DNA from: Elsinoe ampelina
Lineage: Eukaryota
Direction of reading: 5' to 3'
Assembly (NCBI GenBank): GCA_010093995.1
Contig: ML992509.1
Span: forward strand, 604,178 to 668,177
DNA: 64,000 bases
The position numbers and the translations under genes are program-made. The notes under the pieces were generated by a model. That model had not been told where the DNA came from, searched no databases, and was given only the letters and a program-made list of their open reading frames with translations. Shown piece after piece: positions 24,915-36,241 of this stretch. Numbering within the stretch: the stretch's first letter is position 1; every line of letters begins with the position of its first letter.

Positions 24915-26413
24915 ATGTCGGCTCCTAGCAATACAACATCTGCTCCATCGCACCCAGATCCATCTGGTCCTGTACTAGCTCCGGCCCAGACCATGGCTGC
25001 TCTAGAGCGGACATCCACCCCAGCCCCAGCAGGACCGCAGACCATCGCGGGTCTTCAGCCATTAACCCCATCCATCGACAAGACGGCTCCCAAAGATGAT
25101 CATCCCATCACAGCTGCAACAGTACCCAAGATAGACCCGACTCCAGTACAAAACACGGCCACTACACCGGGCCTACCAGACCGCCATTCTGGAGCGACCC
25201 CGGCACCTCAAGTCGCCCCTGTCTCGGTGATTATTCCTGCATCGGCATCGTCAACCACGACGGTTATCACGGTTCCTCCTGAACCGGAGCACATCACCAT
25301 TGCTCCAACGATACCGCCGGTTCTTGCAGCCGCCCCCAAGGAGCAGCCACAACGTGTTACTGCCGAACCCAGTAAGGCCCACGAAGCACCTCATCATCCA
25401 GTCGAGCGAGTCGACACACTTGCCGATCTTCCTTCCCATACAGCACCACGATCCCGAAGGAACAGTGCCTCTGATTCGACACCAGCGACTAGACCGAGAC
25501 CATCAAGTCTTCCTATCCCTTCTCCTAGTCGTGCAGCAAGCAGTGGAGATCTACGCAGTGGCCAACCGAGTCCAATGATTCCGATCAATGCAGTGGAGTA
25601 GGTTCCGATACCCTGGTCTTATCAGTCGCTTACTAACCAGTTACAGAGTACTGGTGGCTTCTGTACATCTTCATCACAACGCAGCATCTCCTGCACACCA
25701 ACACGCCGATCCTTTGTCCCTGGTAAATTTATACGCTGGCAAGAACAAGAAGCTCTTCTCGATCCACCGACATTTACTAGTTACCAAGGTGCCATACTTC
25801 CACGAGATGTTCTCCCATGATGCAGCTCCTGGTGTCAGTCGGCTTACTTTTGAGAATCTGGACGAGTACGCCTTTGCTTTGTTCGTCCGCTAGCTGTACG
25901 GCGGACAGCTGCACGGCCCGAACGATTTTCATAGCTTCCAGCACTACCTTGGACTGTATGTGCTGGCCTTGAAGTTCAATGTCGAGAGTCTGCAGAACGA
26001 AGGTAAGCACAACCAACAGCGTCGATGTCATACCGATGCCCTAACACTTCACAGCGATTGACCTCTGCCGGCAATACTACCATCTGAACAGCATGACTGC
26101 ACCAGCCTACCGCATTGAGTACATTTACGCCTACACTTCGGAGCCAAATCACATGCGCAACTTTCTGGTGGCAACTGCTGCCTATCGCTCTCTCTGTGAA
26201 GCACCTTCGGCTCCTGGGGTCTATCTCAGTGACAGCATGAAGACATTGATGGCCAAGGAAGGTGATTTAGGTATTGACTTTGCAGAGTCGTTGATCAAGC
26301 TGAGCAAGAATGGGCTAGTGGATGTTCGCAAGGGAGATGCTTGCATCTTCCACGTGCACAGCGATGGAAAGGTCTGTCAGACAATTGGTCTTGAGCCGTA
26401 CCAGGATGCCTGA
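24915..26413 (+). CDS. BTB/POZ-domain protein with a Pro/Thr-rich N-terminus; one in-frame TAG at 25891-25893 (pseudogene or recoded)
   Basis: Introns ~25598-25646 and ~26002-26054. BTB region LVNLYAGKNKKLFSIHRHLLVTKVPYF...DEYAFALFVR*LYGGQL...YLGLYVLALKFNVESLQNE; the frame continues intact after the stop. Confidence 0.8.
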
Positions 26414-26629
26414 GCTGGAAGAGAAGGAAATGGCGAACGAAGGAAGCACGCATGAGGTAGTCCTTAGTACCTGAGAACCTAAGTACTTGTTCTCATACGC
26501 ATCGTTCTCCCTGTCCATTCATGGTGACACTGTCACTGATCAATATCTCCTGATGATAGATCGCTGGCATTCAAACATCGCTATCCCATATCCTATCTCC
26601 TTCCTTCCTCTCTAGCCCTCATCCACCTG

Positions 26630-27547
26630 TTAGATCAAATGCTTGGACCTGAAATACGCCCTGAGGTACACAATCTGCCACGCCCCCAGACCAACAAGCA
26701 TACCCATCGTCCCCAACGCGAACCACTTGACCCGCTCATTCGTGCTCTCATTCGTGTCCCTCAACTTCTGCTCCCTGATCTTGAGGTACTCCAGCTCCTC
26801 CACAACCTCGGCCACCATCTCCTCCATGCGCCTCAGGTCCGCCTCGACGGGCTTCAGTTTCTCCCCGGCCTGGATCGCGGACCAATCTTTCGCGTCGGCG
26901 CCGATGTCGACGTCCAGCTCGACGTGGCGGGTGGGGTCTTTGGCAATGTGTGCTGGGGGATGGTCAGTCTTGAGAGCGCAAAGGTCGTTGGGATTGGGGT
27001 CTGAGACTCGAGGGGAGGGGAAGGGGAAGGGGGTGAGAGGGGAGAGGAACTGGGGGAGGGGAATGATGGTCAGGTGTACGGGGGGGTGGGTTAGCGTACC
27101 AGCCGTGAGGATATTCTCGAAGCAGACGTCAAAGGCGCTGTCGGCGTGCGAGGTGAATGCGTAGCGGTTCTCGCCTGCCACGTCGCGGGGTTTGCCGTAC
27201 TCGTTGCCCACCGTGTCTTTGATGTGCATGTTGAGCATCATGCCGTCGCCGCGGGAGCCGGAGACGGTGGCGGTGACGACGACGAGTTGGCCGTTCTGGG
27301 AAGGGGGGAGTTAGCGTGGGAGGCGAGAGAGGGAGAGGTCGCGTGGAGGGGGTAGGGAGGCTGAGGGAGGGAGAGGAGGTAGGAGGTGGAGGAAAGGGTG
27401 ACAGGTGGAGGGGCGTACTTGGACAAAGTTCCGTATACAGCGCTCTTTCTCTTTTGATTCGTGGCCGGGGTGGGCTTGGATGTCGAATTTGAGGCCGAGG
27501 ACTGAGGGGAGGAGGGCTGAGAGCGCGAGAAGGGGGAGGAAGAACAT
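26630..27547 (-). CDS. ERV25: p24/EMP24-GP25L family cargo receptor Erv25
   Basis: Signal peptide, [41 protein letters not shown], transmembrane segment and [12 protein letters not shown] tail. Two C-rich introns ~26951-27099 and ~27296-27418. Confidence 0.93.
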
Positions 27548-28090
27548 GGTGTGGATGGGCTGCGCGCGCAGCGGTGATGGGAACAAGCAAGCGTTTGAAA
27601 GTGGTCAATCGGACTCGGATCGATGTCCTGAGATGATGGGCGTTGATGGAATTGGTTTCTGTGTCGTTATGCTTGCTCTCTTGCTTGAGCAGCTTCTTTT
27701 TGGCAACGTTGACTGACCTACAGCTGTCTCCAGAACTGAAATCCGGGGTTGCGGCTCTGCGAATTCAAGGTCACGTGCCAAGCGCCGCCACGGCAATGCC
27801 TTCGTTGTTGGCAAATGCACACTCAGTCTAATCCATTGTCAATAGACTCGGATGCTGGCCAACACCTTTGGCAATGGAAGGCAGCTCGCTTGACCCCACA
27901 CGTTCACCGCTGCGATCTACCACGGTAGAGACGTATGACAATTGCAATTCGGCGCCTCCGAGCTGTATTGTTCAGGCCCATTGATCGTTGCACAACGTGC
28001 AGGGCTCAAGCAGTCTTGGTTGTCACCTTTGTGGCTCTGAAATCCGATTGATGTATCATCCTCACGCATTTACCGACGCGTCCTTTCATT

Positions 28091-30465
28091 ATGGACGGCG
28101 AAGGCACGACACCTGGTCCAGCTACGAAGAAGCAACGACGTCACGTTTCACGAGCATGCGACATATGCAAGACAAAGCGGGCCAAATGTGATGGGACACA
28201 GCCCTGCGGAAGGTGTCAAATGAGGCAGCTGGACTGTACTTATGAATTGCCCCATCTCAGAGGTTCCAAAGTCCCTCCCATTCAACCTGCCGTCGCCGCA
28301 GGTGAAGTAGTCGCATCCTCGCCGCGAGAGCCGGAGACAATGATGACTGAGTCTGAAGCCCAAGTCACCGCAGACGTCTCGCGAGAATCGACGCCCAATA
28401 CTACAGAAGGGTTCCTAGGGCAGAGCAGCAATCTAGCATACTCCCAGGCCGCGCGATTCGAGTTGACCTCTCGTCCGTCTTCGCTGCCCAACGATGGCAG
28501 CGGTGCACCTGTAGCAGCTGGTAGCAATGGTGCAGCAAGTCAGTCTGAACTGCCAGGACGGAAGCGAGGACGAATGCCCTATCTCGAGAAGAAGGGAATC
28601 GTAAGCAGTCAGAGCTATCCCGCATTTCAGGATCCCCCGTTCCCACCTCTCAACATCGCACGATACTCCATTCTCACGGTTGAGCGAGGATTGGAAATGG
28701 CTTCATGGTATTTTGACATCGCTGTTCCGACCTACCGCATACTTCACCGGCCATCAGTCGAGCGACTCATCACGACTATGTGTCGATCGAACGACTGGCT
28801 AGGTGGCGGAACAGCCGGTGAGGCGATTGAAGATGGGGAACCACTTGACTCGACAGATGAGTGCCTGGTACTCATGGTCTGGGCCCTTTCATGTCAGTAT
28901 GCTGTCTTTCCTCAAGGACGTAAGATACCATCCACAGCTCGAGAATGGCTTCATCGAAAAGGCATGGAATACTATCAGGTGGCGGAGCTGACACTGGAGA
29001 AGAACAACACTACATTGGATAAGATGTCAGCACTACAAGTCCGGTTCCTCATGACACACTATCTGCTGACGACATCCCGACTCAAGGCAGCTTGGGATTT
29101 ATTCGCCATTGTCAAGAACATGGCAAACAATCTTGATCTTGGTCGACTGCACTCCACGACCAGCTCGTTCAAATCAGATCTCTCGCCACTAAATCTCGAA
29201 TTGAGGAAGCGAGCTTTCTGGTCGATCTATACCCTGGACACTTATCTTTGCGTCATGCTCGGAAAGTCGCTTATGTTTGACGAAGTCGGCATTTACACAG
29301 CGCATCCAACGGCGGACGACGAGCTAATTGATGCACACACTACCTACCAGGAATACAGCACTGGTCTGGCTCAGACTGCAGGCATGTCTCTCATGTTGTG
29401 TCCAATGGCTCATGCACACCTCGCTCGCATCGTACGGAAGAGTCTCAAAAGCCTATACCTTGGACCCCGAAACGATACCGATCAGCTTATCATCGAGTCA
29501 CTGGGCAGCGAGATGCGAGACTGGGAGGCCACGCTTCCAGATTTTTTATCCATGAAGAGCACTATCGGGCTCCGCGATGTCTATGCTCGACAGAATACAG
29601 TGATGAGATTGGCGACCCAGCATGCCTTGATAATGATCTACCGGCCTTCACTACCACTTTCTGGACTTGCTGCTCGCACTTCTTCAGCATCATCTGCTGA
29701 GCTGCATGGATTTCTGGATGCGACAAGCCTCCGGATTTGCCAGGATAGATGTCTGCAAGCTGCTTTGGAAGTACACAGCATCTGCACGTCACTGTTCAAG
29801 AAAGGCGACGTCAATGACCACTACTGGTATACTTTGTATATCCTCTTCTGCGCAGCCACAGTGATGCTTGTACATATTGCTCACCATCCAGGTGGCGTAC
29901 AGGCTCAATCAGCTTGGACGGCTGCTCAAGAGTGCTGTCAGATGGAACGTCGGGTGTCTCAGTCGAACAGATTGGCCCGCAGATACGTTGCTGCTCTAGA
30001 AGTAGGTGAACTACCAGCAATGTCTAATTCAATAGATTCTGTTGCGCTCCAGACTGGACTTTGGGGCTCAATGAGTCGAAGCGTGATGCATCGCACTACG
30101 ACGGCCTGGCCCACTAGCAGAACTAGTGATGAAGCTGACACACCTCACAGGACATCTCCAAGCAGCCCAGGAAGCGCTTCCCAGGAGCGATTGGCCGCAC
30201 ACAAGACGCCGGAACTAGCACAGTACGGCCCATGACGCCAGACCGGACAAAGTCGACAGACACGAGCTTCCAGGATTCACTATCAGGACAACTACCATCA
30301 TTCTCCTTCCCAGAGAACGAAGTGGATCTAGGATTTGGGACAAACACTTCACCCGCGGGTCAATGGAAGCACTTCCTCGACCCTTTCCTCTCCAACGAAG
30401 AGAACGCTTCGTTTTATCAGTTCGATTCCCTCGTCTCGGGTGGTATGGACTTTGGCTTCTACTAG
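28091..30465 (+). CDS. Zn(II)2Cys6 transcription factor with fungal-specific TF (middle homology) domain
   Basis: ACDICKTKRAKCDGTQPCGRCQMRQLDCTY and ELRKRAFWSIYTLDTYLCVMLGK. An intron ~30002-30150 (GTAGGT...GCTGAC..CAG) links to the last exon ending FDSLVSGGMDFGFY. Confidence 0.9.
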
Positions 30466-30624
30466 AATCACTTCATATCGTGCGTCCTCGAGCATCTCCA
30501 GCACGTAAAAGCTTACAACACCAAAGAAACAACAGCCGCTGCTGGTAAGTTCCACCGCGAGTCGTACCAGCATTGCCCCTCCCCGGCATTCCTTCCACGT
30601 TCCCCTTCCTCCCCCTAGGGACGC

Positions 30625-31983
30625 TCACTCCCTCCCCTCCAACATCCCCACCAACCTCCCCACCAACCCATTCAACCCCGTCACAAACACCGCATTCATC
30701 ACCACCCCCTCCCCCGCATCAGCAGCAATACAAGCCTCGTTCACCCTCCCATCCACAATCTTCACCAACATCTTGATCAACCTCACCGTCGCGCCCGCCC
30801 CCCCTGCGCCGCCAGCGAGCTGCTCCCTCGCGCGAATGGCGTCGACACGCAGAATCTGCGTTTCGAGGTCGTTGAGGAAAGAGGACGAGGCCCATGGTGT
30901 TTCGGGGGAGTAGATGGGTTGGCGGGCGGAGGTGAGGTATGATAGGGCGTGGGAGATTGCGGTGCGGAAGAAGGCGTCTTGGGGCGTGGGGCTGGTGTGG
31001 ATGGCGAGAGAGGTTGGAGCCTGCTGCTGTTTCAGGGGAGGGGGCTGGCGTGGGATGAACAGGTCCTGGTTTGAAACTACCACGGCGCTGTCACTGGTAG
31101 GGAACTCAGTCGGTGCCACTTTGGTGTACGCTATCCCTGGTAGGATCTCTGGGAGCTGGTTGTGGTCTTCGTGCGTGTGACGTGGCTTCGGGTAGTCTCC
31201 ACGCTCCTGATGCGCTTCCTGGTAGTTTCTCTTCTGTCCGGCTGGGCCTTCCTGATGCGCTTCCTGGTAGTTCCCTTTCTGTCCGGTTGGAGTCTTGGGT
31301 ACGTCACTCTTGGACACGACAGCCTGCTCGTCCGAGGGTTTAGAGCTCTGCGCTCGCTTACGCTTGCGCGGATCAGTGAAACGCTTGCTGGTCTTCGCCG
31401 CCAGTACGGGCGGAGCGTGTGGTCCCTTCTCAATCTTAGTCCTGATGTTCTCATACCAGCGCGAAGCTCGAGTCGCAGGGGTTGTCAAGCTATCTCCAGC
31501 ATCGCGAACAGAGCCGAAGAAGAAGACCTGGTGCCTGCTCACTCTCCTGAGCTCGTAGTACTGTGGCGAAGCAGGCGATTGCACCATTGCATACGTCATG
31601 ATCGTCTTGAGCTCTTTCTGCCAGGGCGGGATCACGACTGGAAAGGCTCTGGCGGTATGCGTGATGAGAGTATGAGCGCTCATGTCGGAGATGGGGCGCT
31701 GGACAGTACGCCAGTGGTCGTTCGGTTCTCCGACACCCATTTCTGTGCCGGGAATGTCCTCGATGATAGCCATGCCTGCCAGAAGGGCCATCCTGCCAGG
31801 TTCGCTGGAGTAGGCGGCGGCCGTGAGGTTCGAAAGCTGGTAGGGAACCTCTCCGGCCACCAGCTTGGGCGTTTTGGCGGAGTCGGGGAAGCGGATCCAA
31901 TGTCCTTGTTGTAGGGCGGGATCAATCTGGTGGTCGTAAAGCAGACCTGCCAGACAAGCGCCGTAGGACTTCACCGCAGCCAT
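30625..31983 (-). CDS. Hypothetical protein, paralogue of 32505-34178
   Basis: 452-aa ORF sharing FPV..TYA.VQS...VFFF...RDAGD.LT.P...W..NIR with its neighbour. Confidence 0.75.
   Translation of the reverse strand: MAAVKSYGACLAGLLYDHQIDPALQQGHWIRFPDSAKTPKLVAGEVPYQLSNLTAAAYSSEPGRMALLAGMAIIEDIPGTEMGVGEPNDHWRTVQRPISDMSAHTLITHTARAFPVVIPPWQKELKTIMTYAMVQSPASPQYYELRRVSRHQVFFFGSVRDAGDSLTTPATRASRWYENIRTKIEKGPHAPPVLAAKTSKRFTDPRKRKRAQSSKPSDEQAVVSKSDVPKTPTGQKGNYQEAHQEGPAGQKRNYQEAHQERGDYPKPRHTHEDHNQLPEILPGIAYTKVAPTEFPTSDSAVVVSNQDLFIPRQPPPLKQQQAPTSLAIHTSPTPQDAFFRTAISHALSYLTSARQPIYSPETPWASSSFLNDLETQILRVDAIRAREQLAGGAGGAGATVRLIKMLVKIVDGRVNEACIAADAGEGVVMNAVFVTGLNGLVGRLVGMLEGRE
31205..31290. repeat. 45-bp in-frame tandem duplication
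   Basis: TCCTGATGCGCTTCCTGGTAGTT...CTGTCCGG twice; encodes GQKGNYQEAHQE / GQKRNYQEAHQE on the - strand. Confidence 0.9.
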
Positions 31984-32504
31984 ATCGAGGGTAGGCGCAA
32001 CTTACTACCAGAATTTGGCGGCGAAAGCAACGATACCGGACTATATGACGTGGGTCTGGTAGTGTTCGGCGACGTTCTGGCAGTGAGCTCGCAGTGAGCT
32101 GGTAGTTTCACCAGTGGCTGAGGGAGGGGGCAACTGAGGCCAGTCACTCGGCGCAGTCGTTATCCCTGGACGGTCGTGGTAGTATCACTGCCTCTGTGTG
32201 GCAGTTGTAGCGGATCGACGTGGTAGCAGACCTGTTGGAAGGCAGTGGTGTTGGCAAGCAAGTATGCGGTGTAACAAGCACGATGGTGGCGAGGAATGAG
32301 AGCAATGTCAACGCCGGTGAGAAGAGAGGCTTTGCAAGTGAGGTTCGAGAGGCAATGCTCATTGTGGCTACTGCTCACGTGAATGCACTTGCCACGATCG
32401 TGGAGCACATGTGCTTCCATTTGTACATAGCAGGATTCGAGACCCACTGTTGCTCACGTGCCTAGACATGTGCCTCCACCCCTTGCTACCTCTCAATCCA
32501 CCTG

Positions 32505-34178
32505 TCACAACCCGCTCTCAAGCCTGGCCTGCCTTATATCCTTGATCTCCTCCTCAATTGCATTCAGGAATGCCTCGTTCGCCACTGGTAAGCCGTTTGC
32601 TGTCCTGCCTCGCTTTCTCGCCCTCCTAACCGTTGTCCTCAAGACGCCTTCAAAGTCGTGAGTAAACTCCACAAGCATATTGAGGTCGCTTTCGCTTCTT
32701 TGCAGCTCCATCTCCTCTACTGCCTCGTGGAAAGACTCGAGCCAGGCTGTCTCAGCCCCGGATCCTGATGATGTCGGCCCATCAGATCGCCTTACTGCCC
32801 TGATGAGTCCCCGGAGCGAGCCAATATGATCCCTTAGCATGTCTCGAAGTTTCTCTGCTTGAGAGTCAGAGCCGAGACGGTAGCTGTGGCCCAGTTGCGG
32901 GATACTAGCTGGTGGCTGGGGAGCAGATGCTGACGCTGTGGTGCTGCTTCCTGTGTTGGAAGTGCTTCCTCCCATCGGCATCCTTCCTCTCACGGGCCTG
33001 CCTCGTCGCGTCGGCCTGCTGTTATCCGCCGGTCTAGCTGCTGTAATTGGACTGACCTCTCTGACCGGAGAGCTTCCGCTTTGGGAATTGCTTGACGAAT
33101 CCGTGTCCGTGTCCAGTTCTGGTGAGTCGCGAACAAGCCTTCGTCGACTCGCTCGCAATTTCTTCCTAGGTCGCAACCACGGAGTCATCACGCGAGATGC
33201 CTCCGTCGGCCTCGAGTCGTGGTCGAGCTCTGCCTCAATAGTTCGTCGTATAGAGGCTTCTCCAGCATGGCTCTCCTCGCTGTCGTTGATTGACGCCGAC
33301 TGTAGGCTGCGAACTCCTGTGAGCTGAATATCATCGTCGTTCTCTTCGATCACATGTGGCACCTCATGTGCCTTCACCACCCTCCTGATATTCTTGAACC
33401 ACGCCTTCCGCCTGTCTGTCGGATTGGTGAGCTGGTCCCCAGCATCTCTATATGGCGTGAAGAAGAAGACGCTTTCGGGATCCACTTTGTGACCGGCGAA
33501 CCATCCTTGTTGTTCGCTCTGAACTAATGCATACGTGAAGACCCTCCATTCCTGTCGTTGTAGGCATCTAACGATGACTGGAAACACTGTGCCTTGGTCC
33601 GGACCATATATGGCTCGATCCACAAGGTCATAGATTGGCTTGTACATAGGGTGCTCGGAGTCTATATATCGACTTCGTCTGCCGAAGATGCGAGGGTATG
33701 TTGTCAACCCCACTAGAAGACAACGTTCCTCTGGAAGTGCACTCAGAGCCGGTAAAGAGAAGGATGTGACGGGCATTCTTCTCTCATCCCACCCTTGTGA
33801 TCGATGGAACGAAGAGCATGGTAGCCAAAAGTCGACTTGTTGTTCCTCTGGTATGTTGTGAAGGTATCCATCGCCCCTAAAACAGAATGCATGTGCTGCA
33901 CTTGTCAAGCGACTTGGTAATCCACTTTCCGCTTTGATCCGAGGTATTGGTGAATGGTTCATTTTCGGCGAGGCGAGACTGTGTGGTAGAGGTAGTTGTG
34001 TGGGGCGTGGGGACGGTGAATGGTTCGATGGGATGTGAAGCGGTGACAAGTGAGTCAGTAATGGGTGATCGTATTGAAGCTGCGCTGGTGAGGCTCCTGG
34101 TGCTGGTGTGACAAACAAAGGGTTATGACGTTGATATCCTCCGAACATGATATTGATTCTTTTTTGAGTCTGTGACAT
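32505..34178 (-). CDS. Hypothetical protein, paralogue of 30625-31983
   Basis: 557-aa intronless ORF with the shared N-half domain, a basic/Ser-rich linker and a helical C-terminus. Confidence 0.78.
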   Translation of the reverse strand: MSQTQKRINIMFGGYQRHNPLFVTPAPGASPAQLQYDHPLLTHLSPLHIPSNHSPSPRPTQLPLPHSLASPKMNHSPIPRIKAESGLPSRLTSAAHAFCFRGDGYLHNIPEEQQVDFWLPCSSFHRSQGWDERRMPVTSFSLPALSALPEERCLLVGLTTYPRIFGRRSRYIDSEHPMYKPIYDLVDRAIYGPDQGTVFPVIVRCLQRQEWRVFTYALVQSEQQGWFAGHKVDPESVFFFTPYRDAGDQLTNPTDRRKAWFKNIRRVVKAHEVPHVIEENDDDIQLTGVRSLQSASINDSEESHAGEASIRRTIEAELDHDSRPTEASRVMTPWLRPRKKLRASRRRLVRDSPELDTDTDSSSNSQSGSSPVREVSPITAARPADNSRPTRRGRPVRGRMPMGGSTSNTGSSTTASASAPQPPASIPQLGHSYRLGSDSQAEKLRDMLRDHIGSLRGLIRAVRRSDGPTSSGSGAETAWLESFHEAVEEMELQRSESDLNMLVEFTHDFEGVLRTTVRRARKRGRTANGLPVANEAFLNAIEEEIKDIRQARLESGL

Positions 34179-34502
34179 CGGTGAGATATTCAGTACCTTG
34201 GCCGCCTAAAGACCACCGGAAGTCCGATGCTGTGGATGCATCTCTCAATGGCGATCAGTGTGAATGTAAGTAGTCGAAAGGACTGCATTGAGGTTGTTGT
34301 ACAGTAGTGATTGCGACAATACCTATACCTTGATTGTCAGGGAAGGTGAGAAACAAGTAAGTATTGCTCGCAGAAGATTCAATCAGAAGGGCAACCATAA
34401 GTCATGAAAGTTCTATGACAGTGAGATGTTGGAATACATGGCTGTATAGCTTCTGCGGGCCTCCGTCGTGCATTCGGGGGCTTATCTGGTCGATTTATCT
34501 GC

Positions 34503-36241
34503 TCAATACGCTTGGACTGGACGCAGCTTCACCCAAAGCGGCAGCTTTTCCCAGAGATTGTACACCGTTTGCTCACCATGCCAATTGTTGCTCCGAGGAT
34601 CGAGCTCCATATCGAAGTTCAGCAGCACCGAGGACAATAGAAGACGAGACTCGTGATAGGCCAGGTTCTTGCCGATACAATTCCGAGGCCCGGTTGAGAA
34701 CGGCTGGAAGGCTCCCTTGTCGTCCGTAGCGAATTGTTCATTGTCTGGCAGCCAGCGTTCCGGATGGAACTCTTCGGGATACGCAAAGTTCTTGTCGGAC
34801 CTGTACGCAGCCCATTGGGATGTGGATACCGATGTCTATTCATGTCAGGTTCTATCGTCTAATCAATGTCTCTTTACTTACGCCGCCAGGCACGAATACG
34901 CCGTCGATGGTCATGCCTTGAGGCGGGACGATACGTGGTAGTCCAATCGGAACTGGTGGATAGATACGAAGGCCTTCTTCAATAGCGGCGTTTAGGTATG
35001 GTAACCTTTGAAGCTTCTCAATGGTGATGTCGTTGGTGGATCTGAAGGTCTCCCGGATCTCCGTGACCAGTTTGGTCATCTTGTTGGGACTCTTGAGCAA
35101 GTAGAATGACAACCCACTGAGTAACGTGGCCGTAGTCTCGGTGCCTGCAATCATAAATATGTTGCCGTTGCTCTCCATCTCACTCATACTGAGATCCAGC
35201 TTCTCACCCCGCTTAATCACTTCTGTCCACAGATCAGGATGGGATAACTCTGTCTTGGCCATACGTCTGTGGACTCGCTCGATGCTGTAGTTGAGGTGCT
35301 CAATCTGTGCTTGGCGGGCTTTAGGAATTTGCTTGACCAAGTATTTGTTGATGTTCCCGAAGCCGGGTACAAGGAAGAGGCAACGAATGCGAGTCCCGAT
35401 CTTGATGTTGTCATAAATTGTTTTGACCCATGGCGAGTATTCGCCTCCCTCGAGCATGCCCAATGACTCGGCGAACGTACTGGAGCCGAGTCAACACATA
35501 CTGATCAATGAAGCAGGCATACGTACAGATCTCCCATGACATCGAATGTTGCGCAATTCCACCGCTTAACCATGTCTGTTGACTGGTCCGGGTTCTGCTT
35601 CACATGTTCGTGCATCTTCTGAATGAGAAGGTCGGCCCATTGCTTGAGAACCGGCTCCTGCTCCTTCAGAGCTTTGTCGGAGAAAGAGTGCGACAGGATC
35701 CGTCGCATACGGGCATGATTCTCGTCGTCCGCATCGATAATTGATCTAGTCCCGGCGATAGGCTCTCCGTAAAAGTTCATGTCCTTTTGCAAAGAAGCTT
35801 TGCCAGCGATGCTTGGTAGTGTTATTAACATGAACATGAAAGTAGGGGCGAACCACCACCTGATAGTAGTGATACTCACCGATGGCCATATATGTCTCTC
35901 CAGCTGTTTGACGTGTTGAAACTGAGCTCATTTGGTCCAAATCGGACGACATGACCGTACTTGTCATGTAGTCGTCGCTTCTCCGCAACGTCCTCTCCTT
36001 GAAATTTGTGGTAGAGGTTGATGACAGGAGTCAGAGCATGAAGTTTAGGCCCCGGGAACTTTGCTAGAGGTCCTAAGTAAGCCTTGTAGAAGACGATAGC
36101 CAATTGGATGAGAATCAACTACGACATCCGTCAGCTACCGAATGAGCAAAAGGTTTCGTCCGAAGGATAGGGCAGATTTACGCTAAACACAGATCCCGCC
36201 ACCACCTTTAGCAGACCTGCTCGATCAGTCTGTGTGTCCAT
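34503..36241 (-). CDS. Cytochrome P450 monooxygenase (resembles CYP65/TRI11-like fungal secondary-metabolism P450s)
   Basis: Five exons. GPLAKFPGP, VVRFGPNELSF, AGTETTAT (I-helix), EGLRIYPP (ExxR), HPERW, PFSTGPRNCIG (heme Cys). Stop at 34503-34505. Confidence 0.93.

Noticed and set aside
25866..25893. 28-nt GTACGC...TAG mini-intron removing the BTB stop
   Set aside because: Too short, lacks a branch site and would shift the frame.
30002..30235. Apparent frameshift between the 714-aa TF ORF and the 77-aa downstream ORF
   Set aside because: Resolved by a canonical intron ~30002-30150 with a GCTGAC branch site.
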